Source: an uncultured Candidatus Bathyarchaeia archaeon
GTDB taxonomy: Archaea > Thermoproteota > Bathyarchaeia > Bathyarchaeales > Bathyarchaeaceae
Direction: 5' to 3'
Assembly (NCBI GenBank): GCA_964346895.1
Contig: CAYFWY010000002.1
Location: 1-45,365, forward strand
Length of the DNA: 45,365 nucleotides
Part shown: positions 27,384 through 36,671 of the stretch, piece by piece
Layout: each line of letters starts with the position of its first letter
Position numbering within the stretch: the stretch's first letter is position 1
Translations under genes and position numbers: made by a program
The notes under the pieces: generated by a model
Seen by the model: only the letters and a program-made list of their open reading frames with translations
Databases searched by the model: none
What the model was told of the DNA's origin: nothing

Positions 27384-28967
27384 TTATATCCGCTTGCGCA
27401 CACATAAGGTGTCTTTGGCAACAGACAGCTTATGAGGAAAATCTAGAGAGTAGTGGATTCCTCGGCTTTCTTTACGCTGGATTGCGGAATCAATGATAAG
27501 CTCTGCAACCAATGCCATGTTACGTAGCTCGACGAGATCTGCAGTAATGATAAAATCCCAATAGTATTGATTGATTTCCTCGCGTAAAAGGTTTATTCGC
27601 TTTTTGGCGCGAATCAATCGTTTGTTAGAACGCACAATCCCTACGTAGTTCCACATCAGACGGCGAATCTCATCCCGATTTTGAGTGATTACCACCGCTT
27701 CGTCAACATCCACAGCTGTCCCAGGTTCCCATTGTGCAAATAGCTGTAGAAAGATTTTTTTCTTTAGCAATTTCTTGCATCTTTTAGCAGCATAATTTGC
27801 GCAGACTAAGGCTTCGAGCAAAGAATTGCTGGCCAAGCGATTAGCTCCATGAAGACCTGTACACGCAGTTTCACCTATTGCAAGTAGGTTCTTTACGTCA
27901 GTTTCACCGGCAACTGTGGTTCTTACTCCTCCGCAACAATAGTGAGCTGCAGGAACAACTGGAATGGGTTTCTTGGTGATATCAATTCCGAAAGACAAAC
28001 ATTTCTTATAGATCCCTGGAAATCTAGATCTCACAAAGTGGGAATCCTTAAAGGATATGTCTAGAAATACGCAGTTGTCTCCGCTTTGCTTCAGCTCTTG
28101 ATCGATGGCTCTAGCAACTATGTCTCTAGGAGCTAGCTCTTTCAGCGGATGATAGTCACCCATAAATTGTCTCTCACGTCTATCCCGAAGAACAGCTCCT
28201 TCGCCTCTGAGGGCTTCCGAGATAAGAAAGGACTCTTCGTTAGGATGATAAAGATATGTCGGATGAAATTGGGTGAACTCCATGTTCATAATAGTAGCTC
28301 CAGCTCGATATGCCATGGCTATTCCATCCCCAGTGGCGATTTCTGGGTTTGTCGTATGCCGGTAAACCCTTCCAATTCCACCAGTCGCAAGCACCGTTAT
28401 CTTCGCCGTGAAGTTCCGGACTACCGCGTTTTCTGTGTCCAAGACATAACAACCTAAGCAACGATTTTTCTTGACTACCAAATTAATCACAATTTGGTTC
28501 TCAAAGAGTTCGATGGATGAACTCTTGGATACTTCGTTCAAAAGAGCGGCTTCAATCTCTTGACCAGTAAGGTCTTTTGCGTGAACAACTCGTCGCGTTG
28601 AATGCCCTCCCTCCATTCCCAGATCAAGTCTGCCCGTTGCTGATCGAGAAAATTTAACTCCAAGCTCGATGAGTTCTTGGACACGTTTTGGACCTTCTCT
28701 TACAATTTTTTCAACGACTTCCCTCTTACTCAAACCATCGCCACAGATTAAAATATCTTTAACATGTGACGCAAAGGAGTCTGCTGGGGACAAAGCCGCT
28801 GCAATTCCACCTTGTGCATAATTTGTGTTTGATTCAGCTTTCTCCTTCTTAGTAATTAGTACTACTTCGGCGGAATCAGCTATCTTCAAAGCGAAGGATA
28901 GGCCTGCGATTCCACTTCCAATCACAAGAACATCTGAAGCAAAATCGTTATTCTTCATACTTCTCAC
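27384..28967 (-). CDS. nadB: L-aspartate oxidase
   Basis: 'DVLVIGSGIAGLSFAL' (FAD GxGxxG), 'YAQGGIAAA', 'HPT..Y......LISEALRGEGA.L', 'GLHGANRLASNSLLE'. Confidence 0.9.
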   Translation of the reverse strand: MRSMKNNDFASDVLVIGSGIAGLSFALKIADSAEVVLITKKEKAESNTNYAQGGIAAALSPADSFASHVKDILICGDGLSKREVVEKIVREGPKRVQELIELGVKFSRSATGRLDLGMEGGHSTRRVVHAKDLTGQEIEAALLNEVSKSSSIELFENQIVINLVVKKNRCLGCYVLDTENAVVRNFTAKITVLATGGIGRVYRHTTNPEIATGDGIAMAYRAGATIMNMEFTQFHPTYLYHPNEESFLISEALRGEGAVLRDRRERQFMGDYHPLKELAPRDIVARAIDQELKQSGDNCVFLDISFKDSHFVRSRFPGIYKKCLSFGIDITKKPIPVVPAAHYCCGGVRTTVAGETDVKNLLAIGETACTGLHGANRLASNSLLEALVCANYAAKRCKKLLKKKIFLQLFAQWEPGTAVDVDEAVVITQNRDEIRRLMWNYVGIVRSNKRLIRAKKRINLLREEINQYYWDFIITADLVELRNMALVAELIIDSAIQRKESRGIHYSLDFPHKLSVAKDTLCVRKRI

Positions 28968-28978
28968 AACTGAATTTG

Positions 28979-28996
28979 ATGCGCGTGCATGTGCAT
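28979..28996. repeat. 18-nt strictly alternating Pu-Py tract ATGCGCGTGCATGTGCAT
   Basis: Lies 12 nt upstream of the nadB start codon (28967, minus strand). Confidence 0.8.
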
Positions 28997-29223
28997 CATA
29001 GTTTTTTGCGGATTATTATATATGTACTTGAAAGCGTAACTATAGAAATAAAGCCGGAGAGAAGAACAACAAGATTTTGCCCGGTATCCAAAAACTCAAA
29101 TGTACCCATAATGAAATTCCAAAATGCAACAAGAATAGCTATGCTCCCGGTAGTACAACCAACTATCAGCAATAAAAAAGCCACAATCACCCAATCCATT
29201 CTAACCACAATACACTCAACCAC
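28996..29223 (-). CDS. Possible small two-TM membrane protein
   Basis: 'WVIVAFLLLIVGCTTGSIAILVAFW' and 'LVVLLSGFISIVTLSSTYIII'. More protein-like than the overlapping plus-strand ORF, but still weak. Confidence 0.3.
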   Translation of the reverse strand: MVECIVVRMDWVIVAFLLLIVGCTTGSIAILVAFWNFIMGTFEFLDTGQNLVVLLSGFISIVTLSSTYIIIRKKL

Positions 29224-29858
29224 TATAATCTACATATCTTTTTTGCATGAGACTGGCAAATATACGAGGAATCACCATGTAGCAGATGCATGCAAGAATG
29301 TCTCTCTGGAGCAGCTTCTGTAATAGGTAGATTAAAGAAAAGAAATAAGATATCTCCTTTGTGTGTAGTCATAGCCAATTAAATAAAATCCACCTATTAT
29401 GAAATCACGGGACGTTGCATATTGGGGAGGCATGCACATGCATAGCCAAACACTCTCTTTAGTTCGTGTCAGTTCTGTTCAATAAAAATCTCGTTTGGCA
29501 TGTCTTTAACTGCCTATTCAAAAGTTACCTTAGTGAAACTATTAAGGAAAATGAACCGCATAGAATATTTCGCCAATTTGAAGCGCGACACTAAATTTAG
29601 TTGCCTCTACCCTCCGAGGTTATGGAAAATGTTATATCAAAAAGCCCCGCAGTAAAAATTGAAAAAAAATGAAACGCGTCAAGGATATTGCCGAAATATC
29701 AATACTGCTCGGTTTTACTATTTCATCCATTGGTTTCACATCGCCAAGAAAAGCTTTAGAGACCAAAAAAAATTTCATACGATTGCTGGTACGTTCGTTG
29801 ATTCGCGAACGCAAATTACATTCATTTCGAATAGGTCTAGGAAAGTGGAGGAATCTAT

Positions 29859-31112
29859 GTGTCAGGTGAGAACATAAGCGCTCTGGGAGCTGCCATGCAA
29901 CAAGTAGACATGGCAGCGGAAATGTTGAATTTAGATTCGGGTATTTGTGAGATGCTAAAGAGACCTACGAGGTCTGTAATTGTTGCTGTCCCGATAAGAA
30001 GAGACAACGGTGAGATCAATGTTTTCACAGGAGTCAGGGTTCAACACAATAAAGCGAGAGGACCATATAAAGGAGGAGTACGATATCATCCAGACGTTAC
30101 ACTGGAAGAAGTCACGGCCCTTGCAATGTGGATGACTTGGAAATGTGCCATCGCAGACCTCCCTTATGGTGGAGCAAAAGGAGGGGTAAGATGCAATCCA
30201 AAAGAACTGTCTGTTGGTGAGCTTGAACGCCTAACAAGGAGATACGCAACCATGATACTGAACATCATCGGTCCATACCAAGATGTCCCAGCTCCAGATG
30301 TCTACACAGATGCACAGACGATGGCTTGGATCATGGACACCTACAGCCAATTCAAAGGATACTTAGTTCCAGAGGTAGTAACGGGAAAACCTCTCCACCT
30401 GCAAGGCTCGGAGGGAAGAGAAGCGGCAACCGCGAGAGGATTGACTTATTGCATAGACGAGGCGGCAAAACACATTGGAATGAAACTAAAAGACGCAACC
30501 ATCGTTGTTCAAGGCTTTGGCAAAGTTGGATGGAACGCTGCTAGATTTCTACACGATCAAGGATGCAGAATAATCGCCTTAAGCGATTCTAAAGGCGGAA
30601 TATACAACCCAAAGGGCATTAACCCGACAAAAGTCTATGAACACAAAAAGAAAACAAATTCAATTATTACCTTTGAAGGAGGAAAAAACATAACTAACAA
30701 GGAACTACTGGAAACAGAGTGCGACATATTAGTCCCAGCAGCAATAGAGAATCAGATAACTAGAGAAAACGCAGGAAACATCAAGACACGTCTTCTAGCT
30801 GAAGGCGCCAACGGACCAACCACCCCTGAAGCCAGCAAAATCCTCACTGAAAAAGACATCTTTACAATACCCGATATTCTAGCCAACTCAGGGGGTGTGA
30901 CCGTTAGCTACTTCGAATGGGTTCAGAATCTCCATAGAGAACACTGGACAAAGGAAGAAGTTCACCGTAGACTCAAACAAAAGATGGTGAAGGCTTTCAA
31001 AGATGTTTTTGACGCCAAGAAAAAGCATGAGACAGACATGAGAAACGCTGCTTTTATGCTCGCCATAGGAAGAGTTGCAGAAGCAATAAAGACCCTTGGA
31101 TTATGGCCTTGA
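29859..31112 (+). CDS. gdhA: Glutamate dehydrogenase
   Basis: 'KGGVRYHPDVTLEEV.ALA.WMTWKCA..DLPYGGAKGG', 'VQGFGKVGWNAA', 'EGANGPTTPEA'. GTG start with GGAAAGTGGAGG upstream. Confidence 0.95.
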   Translation: MSGENISALGAAMQQVDMAAEMLNLDSGICEMLKRPTRSVIVAVPIRRDNGEINVFTGVRVQHNKARGPYKGGVRYHPDVTLEEVTALAMWMTWKCAIADLPYGGAKGGVRCNPKELSVGELERLTRRYATMILNIIGPYQDVPAPDVYTDAQTMAWIMDTYSQFKGYLVPEVVTGKPLHLQGSEGREAATARGLTYCIDEAAKHIGMKLKDATIVVQGFGKVGWNAARFLHDQGCRIIALSDSKGGIYNPKGINPTKVYEHKKKTNSIITFEGGKNITNKELLETECDILVPAAIENQITRENAGNIKTRLLAEGANGPTTPEASKILTEKDIFTIPDILANSGGVTVSYFEWVQNLHREHWTKEEVHRRLKQKMVKAFKDVFDAKKKHETDMRNAAFMLAIGRVAEAIKTLGLWP

Positions 31113-31171
31113 GTATTAAGTTGAGACAGAATTCCACCGCATGCATAATCAACTTACCAGTCTCGATATAC

Positions 31172-31183
31172 ACGCGCGCGCAA
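31172..31183. repeat. Alternating GC motif ACGCGCGCGCAA
   Basis: Intergenic, 60 nt after the gdhA stop. Confidence 0.9.
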
Positions 31184-31385
31184 ATCTATCTGAAAACAAA
31201 TTCAGCTATTAACCATTATAAACTCAAATGCGCTTGCAACCTAGATTTAAAGGGAGGAATTGTAGATTAAAAAAAGGCTTCTACCCCACAATCATAATTC
31301 TACCGATACGCACACAAGATGCGGGGCGAATCTCTGGAAGGCGATTTCTAGAAGAAAGCTTTTAATTCAAACGGACTAACCTGAT

Positions 31386-31841
31386 TTGAGAGAGGAAACA
31401 CTCATGTTGGGAATCTTTGGTACAAACGCCGCGCTTATCACCGACATTAACCTTCTAATTCAAATAATTGCGTTTATACTCATTCTTGTAGGCCTCAGAT
31501 ACAAGACGAAAGGCAAATTTAGGAATCACGGCTTTGTGATGGGAGTAGCAGTTGTTCTACATCTCACCTCCTTCTTAATAGCAATGGGTCCTTCATTCCT
31601 TAATGGCTTTGAGTTCTTCACAACCGATACTTCCCTCACAGGAGTCCAAACAATGTGGGTTCACGCTGTAACAGGTGCTGTTGCGCTGGTCCTAGGAATA
31701 CTGCTAGTTGTAGCATGGATTGTCCGAATTTCAGATATTAAAGCGTGTATTAGGAAGAAGAGATTCATGGATGTCACGATTCTACTTTGGTCAATATCCT
31801 TAATATTCGGAATAGCCACATACCTGCTCTTCTATCTCTGA
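31386..31841 (+). CDS. Four-TM membrane protein (DUF420-like?)
   Basis: Four hydrophobic segments with conserved-looking His residues ('NHGFVMG', 'WVHAVTG'). The family assignment is tentative. Confidence 0.5.
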   Translation: MREETLMLGIFGTNAALITDINLLIQIIAFILILVGLRYKTKGKFRNHGFVMGVAVVLHLTSFLIAMGPSFLNGFEFFTTDTSLTGVQTMWVHAVTGAVALVLGILLVVAWIVRISDIKACIRKKRFMDVTILLWSISLIFGIATYLLFYL

Positions 31842-32019
31842 TGCCACTAAAGAACGTATAATAGAATATCTAGAACATAACTGGATTTTAGGCAAGTCCG
31901 CTGCAAATATTCTGACAATTCAAAAGGCACTTGAAATGCTGTTTCGGTTGAGTGCCCCATAACATAAAAACGCGTGTTACCAAGTGTTCGCGCCATGCCA
32001 TAAATAGGTTAATATGACA

Positions 32020-32634
32020 TTATTTCAGGCGAGACTGATACTTTTTGCGCAGCTTGGCGATCTTCGGTGCAATAATTAATCTACAGTAGGGCTGTTCGAT
32101 ATGATTTTTGAAGTAATCCATGTGATAACTCTCCGCCTTATAGAAGGCTTTGAAGGGCTCGACTTTCGTCACAATCGGTGCACCATATGTTCTGGCGTTA
32201 TTGAGTTCCTCGATAAACTTCTCAACGGTGTCTTTCTGTTTAGCATCATGATAAAACACTACTGATCTATACTGCGTACCAACATCAGCACCTTGACGGT
32301 TCAAAGTAGTAGGATCATGCATAGAAAAGAACACCTCAAGGAGCTCTCTAAATGATATAATATTATTATGAAAAGTGATTTGCACAACCTCGGCGTGTCC
32401 TGTTGTTCCTGTGGAAACCTGCTCGTAAGTAGGATTTGCCAATGCCCCGCCTGAATAACCTGGCTCAACGTTTACCACGCCTTTTATCTCATTGAAAACA
32501 GCTTCTGTGCACCAGAAGCATCCACCGCCAAGTGTTGCAACTTCCACATATCTGGAATCATTTCCTAACCTATCTTTTCGCAGTTCACAACAGTTCGAGC
32601 GCGCCAAATCGACTTCCATTGGATCACTTCCCAA
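32020..32634 (-). CDS. msrA: Peptide-methionine (S)-S-oxide reductase
   Basis: 'ATLGGGCFWCTEAVF....GV..V..GYSGG...NPTYEQV.TGTTGHAEVVQITF'. Confidence 0.9.
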   Translation of the reverse strand: MGSDPMEVDLARSNCCELRKDRLGNDSRYVEVATLGGGCFWCTEAVFNEIKGVVNVEPGYSGGALANPTYEQVSTGTTGHAEVVQITFHNNIISFRELLEVFFSMHDPTTLNRQGADVGTQYRSVVFYHDAKQKDTVEKFIEELNNARTYGAPIVTKVEPFKAFYKAESYHMDYFKNHIEQPYCRLIIAPKIAKLRKKYQSRLK

Positions 32635-32827
32635 TTTCCAATCATAATCTATCCATATATTTGATTGAAGTCTCCAGTCAAAAAGTGTCTGGCGTCACTT
32701 CAATTCGTGTGTATGGCTTACACATATTAATGCCGATTCTGTTGCTAGAGAATGTTGAGGCACAGTGGTTTCAAGTTGTTTTGTGCTCCTATAATACTCA
32801 ACGATATGGTTTTCTAGAGGCGTTCCT

Positions 32828-33073
32828 TCATTTCCGTGCCCTTGGACATGCAACAATGTGCAACCTAGATTTCTTTACATTCGCCATCTTGTCGATTTCG
32901 TTAAAGTATATTCTCTCCAACTCTTCAATGCTATCCGCTTCAATTATTCCAACGGCATCATAGATACCGATGACAAGCCTTGCCTCTTTTACTGCCTTTA
33001 TATTCCTAATCTTTGTAATAGAATCTTTCTTCGTTCCGGACTCAAGATCAAGAAAGACATAACCAGTTTCCAT
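32828..33073 (-). CDS. Stand-alone Lrp/AsnC ligand-binding (RAM) domain protein
   Basis: 81 aa. 'GYVFLDLESG......IRNIKAVKEARLVIGIYDAVGIIEADSIEELERI...I.K...V.K' follows a beta-alpha-beta-beta-alpha-beta RAM pattern. Confidence 0.6.
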   Translation of the reverse strand: METGYVFLDLESGTKKDSITKIRNIKAVKEARLVIGIYDAVGIIEADSIEELERIYFNEIDKMANVKKSRLHIVACPRARK

Positions 33074-33085
33074 TGCATTGTTCTC

Positions 33086-33340
33086 CTACTCTAAGATTTT
33101 CTCATCTACGCACAGAAGCGTGGTGGTAGAATCAATACCCTCGATCATTGAGATCTCTTCAAAAATCAAGTTCTCGATGTCGTGGATCTTGGGTGCCCTC
33201 AATTTCACGATAATGTCGTATTCGCCGAACAACAATTGTGCATTTTCCACACCTTTCATCATCAATTTCTCTACGATAGAGCGAGCATAACCACAATATT
33301 CCGTTTGCCTAGATGTCTTCACTAGGATGTAGGCTTCCAT
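33086..33340 (-). CDS. Stand-alone Lrp/AsnC ligand-binding (RAM) domain protein
   Basis: 84 aa. 'AYILVKT.......I.EKL....GVENAQLLFGEYDIIVKLRAPKIHDIENLIFEEISMIEGIDSTTT'. Confidence 0.6.
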   Translation of the reverse strand: MEAYILVKTSRQTEYCGYARSIVEKLMMKGVENAQLLFGEYDIIVKLRAPKIHDIENLIFEEISMIEGIDSTTTLLCVDEKILE

Positions 33341-33561
33341 TGTTTAGGCCTCTCGCACAATGCTATGTATGACTTAACCTCCGTATATATTAAAGATTTT
33401 TTCACGCGCTCACGCTGACTTTTCTGCATGCTTTTTTAAGCCACGTACTTGGAGAATATCCCGAAGTGTGGAACAGTGGAAAAAGAGGACAGTCTGCAGA
33501 AGACATGCATGTTTGTTGAGAAATACGGTAGCCCTGAACGGAAAAAAGGGGTTTTGGAGGC

Positions 33562-33825
33562 TTATTTTGAACAACATTTTACGCATATTGCTGTTTGCGT
33601 TAGGGAAACTCCGTCTATGCTATGTATACCTCTCGCAACCATCTCGCCAACATCATTAATGTTTTTCACTTCAAAGGTTGCCACGATGTCAAAGGTTCCT
33701 GTAATTACGCAAGCCGTCTTGACACCCTTGATCTTTACCACTTTCGTAGCAACATCCAATGTTCTACCTTTCTCAGTGTCTATGAACACATATCCAGTAA
33801 TCAATTCATAACCTCCACAATTCAT
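33562..33825 (-). CDS. Stand-alone Lrp/AsnC ligand-binding (RAM) domain protein
   Basis: 'GYVFIDTEKG......V.KIKGVKTACVITGTFDIVATFEVKNINDVGEMV...I.SIDGVSLTQT'. The TTG at 33804, preceded by GGAGGT, is a better-supported start than ATG 33825. Confidence 0.6.
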   Translation of the reverse strand: MNCGGYELITGYVFIDTEKGRTLDVATKVVKIKGVKTACVITGTFDIVATFEVKNINDVGEMVARGIHSIDGVSLTQTAICVKCCSK

Positions 33826-33888
33826 TTTGTTAACTAGTAAATATAACCTCTGCTCTACTTGACTGTTTATTCGAGGTACAGGTGTATC

Positions 33889-33901
33889 TGCGCGCGCGCA
33901 T
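33889..33901. repeat. Alternating GC motif TGCGCGCGCGCAT
   Basis: Intergenic, 64 nt upstream of the RAM-domain gene start at 33825(-). Confidence 0.9.
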
Positions 33902-34162
33902 ATCTCCCTTGCTTATGTAGTTGGAATAGCTCTTTTTCCGGAAACCGAAATCAAAAATTGAGGACATCGCAGTTCATACACATATTTCACAAGTATGTTC
34001 CTGCATCTATGTTTGCATCTAATCAAACATGCTGCAAGACTAAGTAGTTTAAGCCAGCGCAGCCTACTATTCTTCTGTACACAATCACTAGTACCCTATT
34101 CGATTTTTTTAATCAGAAAAGGCATTCAATTTTTGGAATAATCAAATCATATAAATAGGTAA

Positions 34163-35110
34163 GTGTTATTCTTGAGAAAGACAATAGGTGCAAATAAGGG
34201 AAAAGAAATGAAAGATTTTTCTCCTGGTTTTCTGATGGGCGGTCTGTTTGTCCTAATTCACAGTCTGGCTTTGTTCGTGATAGGGCCATTTAAAGCCGCT
34301 GATATGGGGGCGTTTGAGAACCCGAATGATCCGATGAATCTAGTTTTCTTCTTTTTGACGTTGCTAATTGTTACGGCTACAATTTTGTTAATCGCCAAAT
34401 TTTGGAAGAAACAATTTATACAGGGCATTATTTTAGGGGCAACAGGGTTTACCGCCTTCTATGTATTTTATCCTTTACTGTCTTATGTTGTTCCGGAGAT
34501 GTGGTCTTTGTTTCTCTCAGCTACGACCGCGGCTATTCTGATTATATCGCTCGTCAAGTATCCTGAGTGGTATGTAATAGATATATGCGGAGTTGTGATG
34601 GGAGTAGGTGCAATTGCGATGTTCGGTATTTCGTTAAGCGTCTTTTTGGCCATCGTCTTGCTCATCGGATTGGCGATATACGATGCTGTATCGGTGTACA
34701 AAACTAAGCATATGCTTGACCTCGCAGACACTGTTGTAGATCTCAAATTGCCTGTTATACTGGTCATACCGAAAGTCAGAAGGTATTCTTTACTTAAAGA
34801 TGCAAAGAGTTTGAAAGAAAAACTCAGAGATGGCGAAGAAAGGCAGGCGTTTTTTCTAGGACTAGGAGATGTAATAATGCCTGGAGTTCTAGTTGCATCC
34901 ACCTTTCATAACATTGCCAGCAACGGACTCCTCATAGCCTTGTCGGTGATGCTTGGAACACTCCTTGGTTTTACAGCCCTTATGGCTGTTGCCATTAAAG
35001 GAAAACCACAAGCAGGACTGCCATATCTTTGCAGTGGCGCCATATTAGGCTACATAGTGTCGAGCTTCATATTATTTGGAGAACTGGTTGGTCTTACCTT
35101 TTCCATCTAA
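34163..35110 (+). CDS. Presenilin/signal-peptide-peptidase-type intramembrane aspartyl protease (A22 family)
   Basis: Multi-TM. 'LAIYDAVSVYKTKHM' (YD motif), 'FFLGLGDVIMPG' (GxGD motif), and a C-terminal 'AGLPYL' (PAL-like). ATG 34208 (MKDFSPG..) is a likely start. Confidence 0.7.
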   Translation: MLFLRKTIGANKGKEMKDFSPGFLMGGLFVLIHSLALFVIGPFKAADMGAFENPNDPMNLVFFFLTLLIVTATILLIAKFWKKQFIQGIILGATGFTAFYVFYPLLSYVVPEMWSLFLSATTAAILIISLVKYPEWYVIDICGVVMGVGAIAMFGISLSVFLAIVLLIGLAIYDAVSVYKTKHMLDLADTVVDLKLPVILVIPKVRRYSLLKDAKSLKEKLRDGEERQAFFLGLGDVIMPGVLVASTFHNIASNGLLIALSVMLGTLLGFTALMAVAIKGKPQAGLPYLCSGAILGYIVSSFILFGELVGLTFSI

Positions 35111-35152
35111 GAATATTAACCTAATGGTCGTTTTTGTGGGGGTATCTCACCG

Positions 35153-36145
35153 TTATTTCCAATAGTCCTTGCCATCGCAGTATGCGGTCATTGTTTCTAT
35201 ATCTATTAGTTCTTTAGGGTAAGGTTCGAAAATAGTCTGTTTCATCAAGTACTCTTCTTTAAACTTGATTATCCACAACTTTAGTAGACTTGTGATAACG
35301 CTTAATGGTAGTTTTCCAGCTCTATATTTTTCTAGTGAATCAAGGAAAAACTTCTTCTCTTCTTTGGATAGTTTGTCGGAGAAATATCCCATGGCGTTCA
35401 TCATGACATTTATATTTGAGCCGCATCTCGGTGGTCTCTTGAGTGTCTCAGAGAGATGTTCTTCATAGTCTCCGATTATTTCGGGAAACCTTTTCTTTTT
35501 CTGGTTTGCAACTATTTTTCCTAAGGTTCTTGACTCTTTTTGGTTGTAGGTTTTGAAGAGCAATTTGTTTTCGGAGTGAAATTTAACGAGTTTTCTTAGA
35601 GAATCTGACGTTTTAACTTCTCTGAAGGCTGTAAGCGTAAAAAGTTTCGTCAGGAAATGCTCCTTTATTCGGGGATTTCGTAGACGTCCTTCATCCTCTA
35701 CGGCTAAGTTGGAGAATCTTTCTAGAACCGCTGTACCAAAGAATCCAGGACCCTTTGATGTTGGCGCAACCGTCTTTTCTGTGGTAGGATAGATTTTTGC
35801 GTCTTTAATGGCGCTGGTTGGTGAACGACTTTTCAGTATGAAACCATCAATGTCTTCTAAAGAGCCTAGAAATGAGTCAGTGAAGCTGCGCATTTTCTCT
35901 GTGAGATCCAGATTTGTTTTTGGCTGTATGAGCCTCAATTCGCCGTTCACTTGAACGATTCTTATTGGATCTCGTGGAACTCCTAGCCCTATTTCAACTT
36001 CTGGGCAAATGGGGATAAACTCCACAAAGGGAATAAGGCTCTTTACAAAATCACTTGAGATTATTTGCCCATCCCATCTGACGCTTTCGAACTCGATACA
36101 TCTGCTGATAACTACTCTGGGTTTGACAAATTTTCTCAACAACAA
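35153..36145 (-). CDS. DUF523 (TudS-like) plus DUF1722 fusion protein, YbgA family
   Basis: 'RVVISRCIEFESVRWDG......ICPEVEIGLGVPRDPIRIV' is the N-terminal Cys-rich DUF523 pattern. A helical C-terminal half follows. Confidence 0.65.
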   Translation of the reverse strand: MLLRKFVKPRVVISRCIEFESVRWDGQIISSDFVKSLIPFVEFIPICPEVEIGLGVPRDPIRIVQVNGELRLIQPKTNLDLTEKMRSFTDSFLGSLEDIDGFILKSRSPTSAIKDAKIYPTTEKTVAPTSKGPGFFGTAVLERFSNLAVEDEGRLRNPRIKEHFLTKLFTLTAFREVKTSDSLRKLVKFHSENKLLFKTYNQKESRTLGKIVANQKKKRFPEIIGDYEEHLSETLKRPPRCGSNINVMMNAMGYFSDKLSKEEKKFFLDSLEKYRAGKLPLSVITSLLKLWIIKFKEEYLMKQTIFEPYPKELIDIETMTAYCDGKDYWK

Positions 36146-36176
36146 TCACATCAAGGTCAACATGTACACAAGGTTT

Positions 36177-36596
36177 CTAGGAATGATGATTATTCTTCTT
36201 CTTTTGTTTTTTGAAATGAAGTGCTGTAGAGTTGATACAGAAACGACGGCCCGTGGGTTTAGGACCATCATCAAAAACATGCCCAAGATGTCCACCACAT
36301 GCGCGACATAGCACTTCAGTTCTTCTTCTTCCCAAACTGTCATCCCTTTCCATTCTCAAGTTTTCTTTGGACACCGGAGCCCAAAAACTCGGCCAACCAG
36401 TTCCCGAATCAAATTTTGTATCTGAAGAAAACAATTCGTTCCCGCAACCAGCGCAGGTGTATGTTCCTTTTTTCCTATGTTTAACATATTTTCCAGTGAA
36501 TGGTTGTTCAGTTCCTTTTTCTCTCAGCACATGATACTCTTCTGGAGTGAGACTATTTCTCCACTCCTCCTCTGTTTTTTTTATTTTGGGTTTCAT
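36177..36596 (-). CDS. msrB: Peptide-methionine (R)-S-oxide reductase
   Basis: 'GTEQPFTGKY....KGTYTCAGCGNELFSSDTKFDSGTGWPSFW', 'EVLCRACGGHLGHVFDDGP.PTG.RFCINS'. Confidence 0.9.
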   Translation of the reverse strand: MKPKIKKTEEEWRNSLTPEEYHVLREKGTEQPFTGKYVKHRKKGTYTCAGCGNELFSSDTKFDSGTGWPSFWAPVSKENLRMERDDSLGRRRTEVLCRACGGHLGHVFDDGPKPTGRRFCINSTALHFKKQKKKNNHHS

Positions 36597-36671
36597 GTCC
36601 GTTCAAGGTCCTCCAAACTTTTACGCGAGGTGTGAAAAGGCATAAGGGTCCTCAAATTTTTCGAGAGATAT

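Noticed and set aside
28976-29323. Plus-strand 115-aa ORF upstream of nadB
   Set aside because: It begins inside the alternating repeat and is low-complexity and Thr/Ile-rich. The overlapping minus-strand ORF (28996..29223) looks more like a real two-TM protein, and even that is weak.
29632-29877. Three mutually overlapping 60-72 aa ORFs just upstream of gdhA
   Set aside because: They have no motifs or SD support, and each excludes the others. I treated the segment as part of the long gdhA upstream region.
33449-33837. Plus-strand ORFs (33449..33811, 33468..33659, 33622..33837)
   Set aside because: They are antisense to the third RAM-domain gene or lie in its upstream spacer. The RAM reading frame has a clear family pattern.
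33935-33944. 10-bp palindrome TTTCCGGAAA, and a similar TGTGATCACA at 43753-43762
   Set aside because: These are isolated short palindromes with no second copy or positional logic, so they fall within chance expectation for this much AT-rich intergenic DNA.
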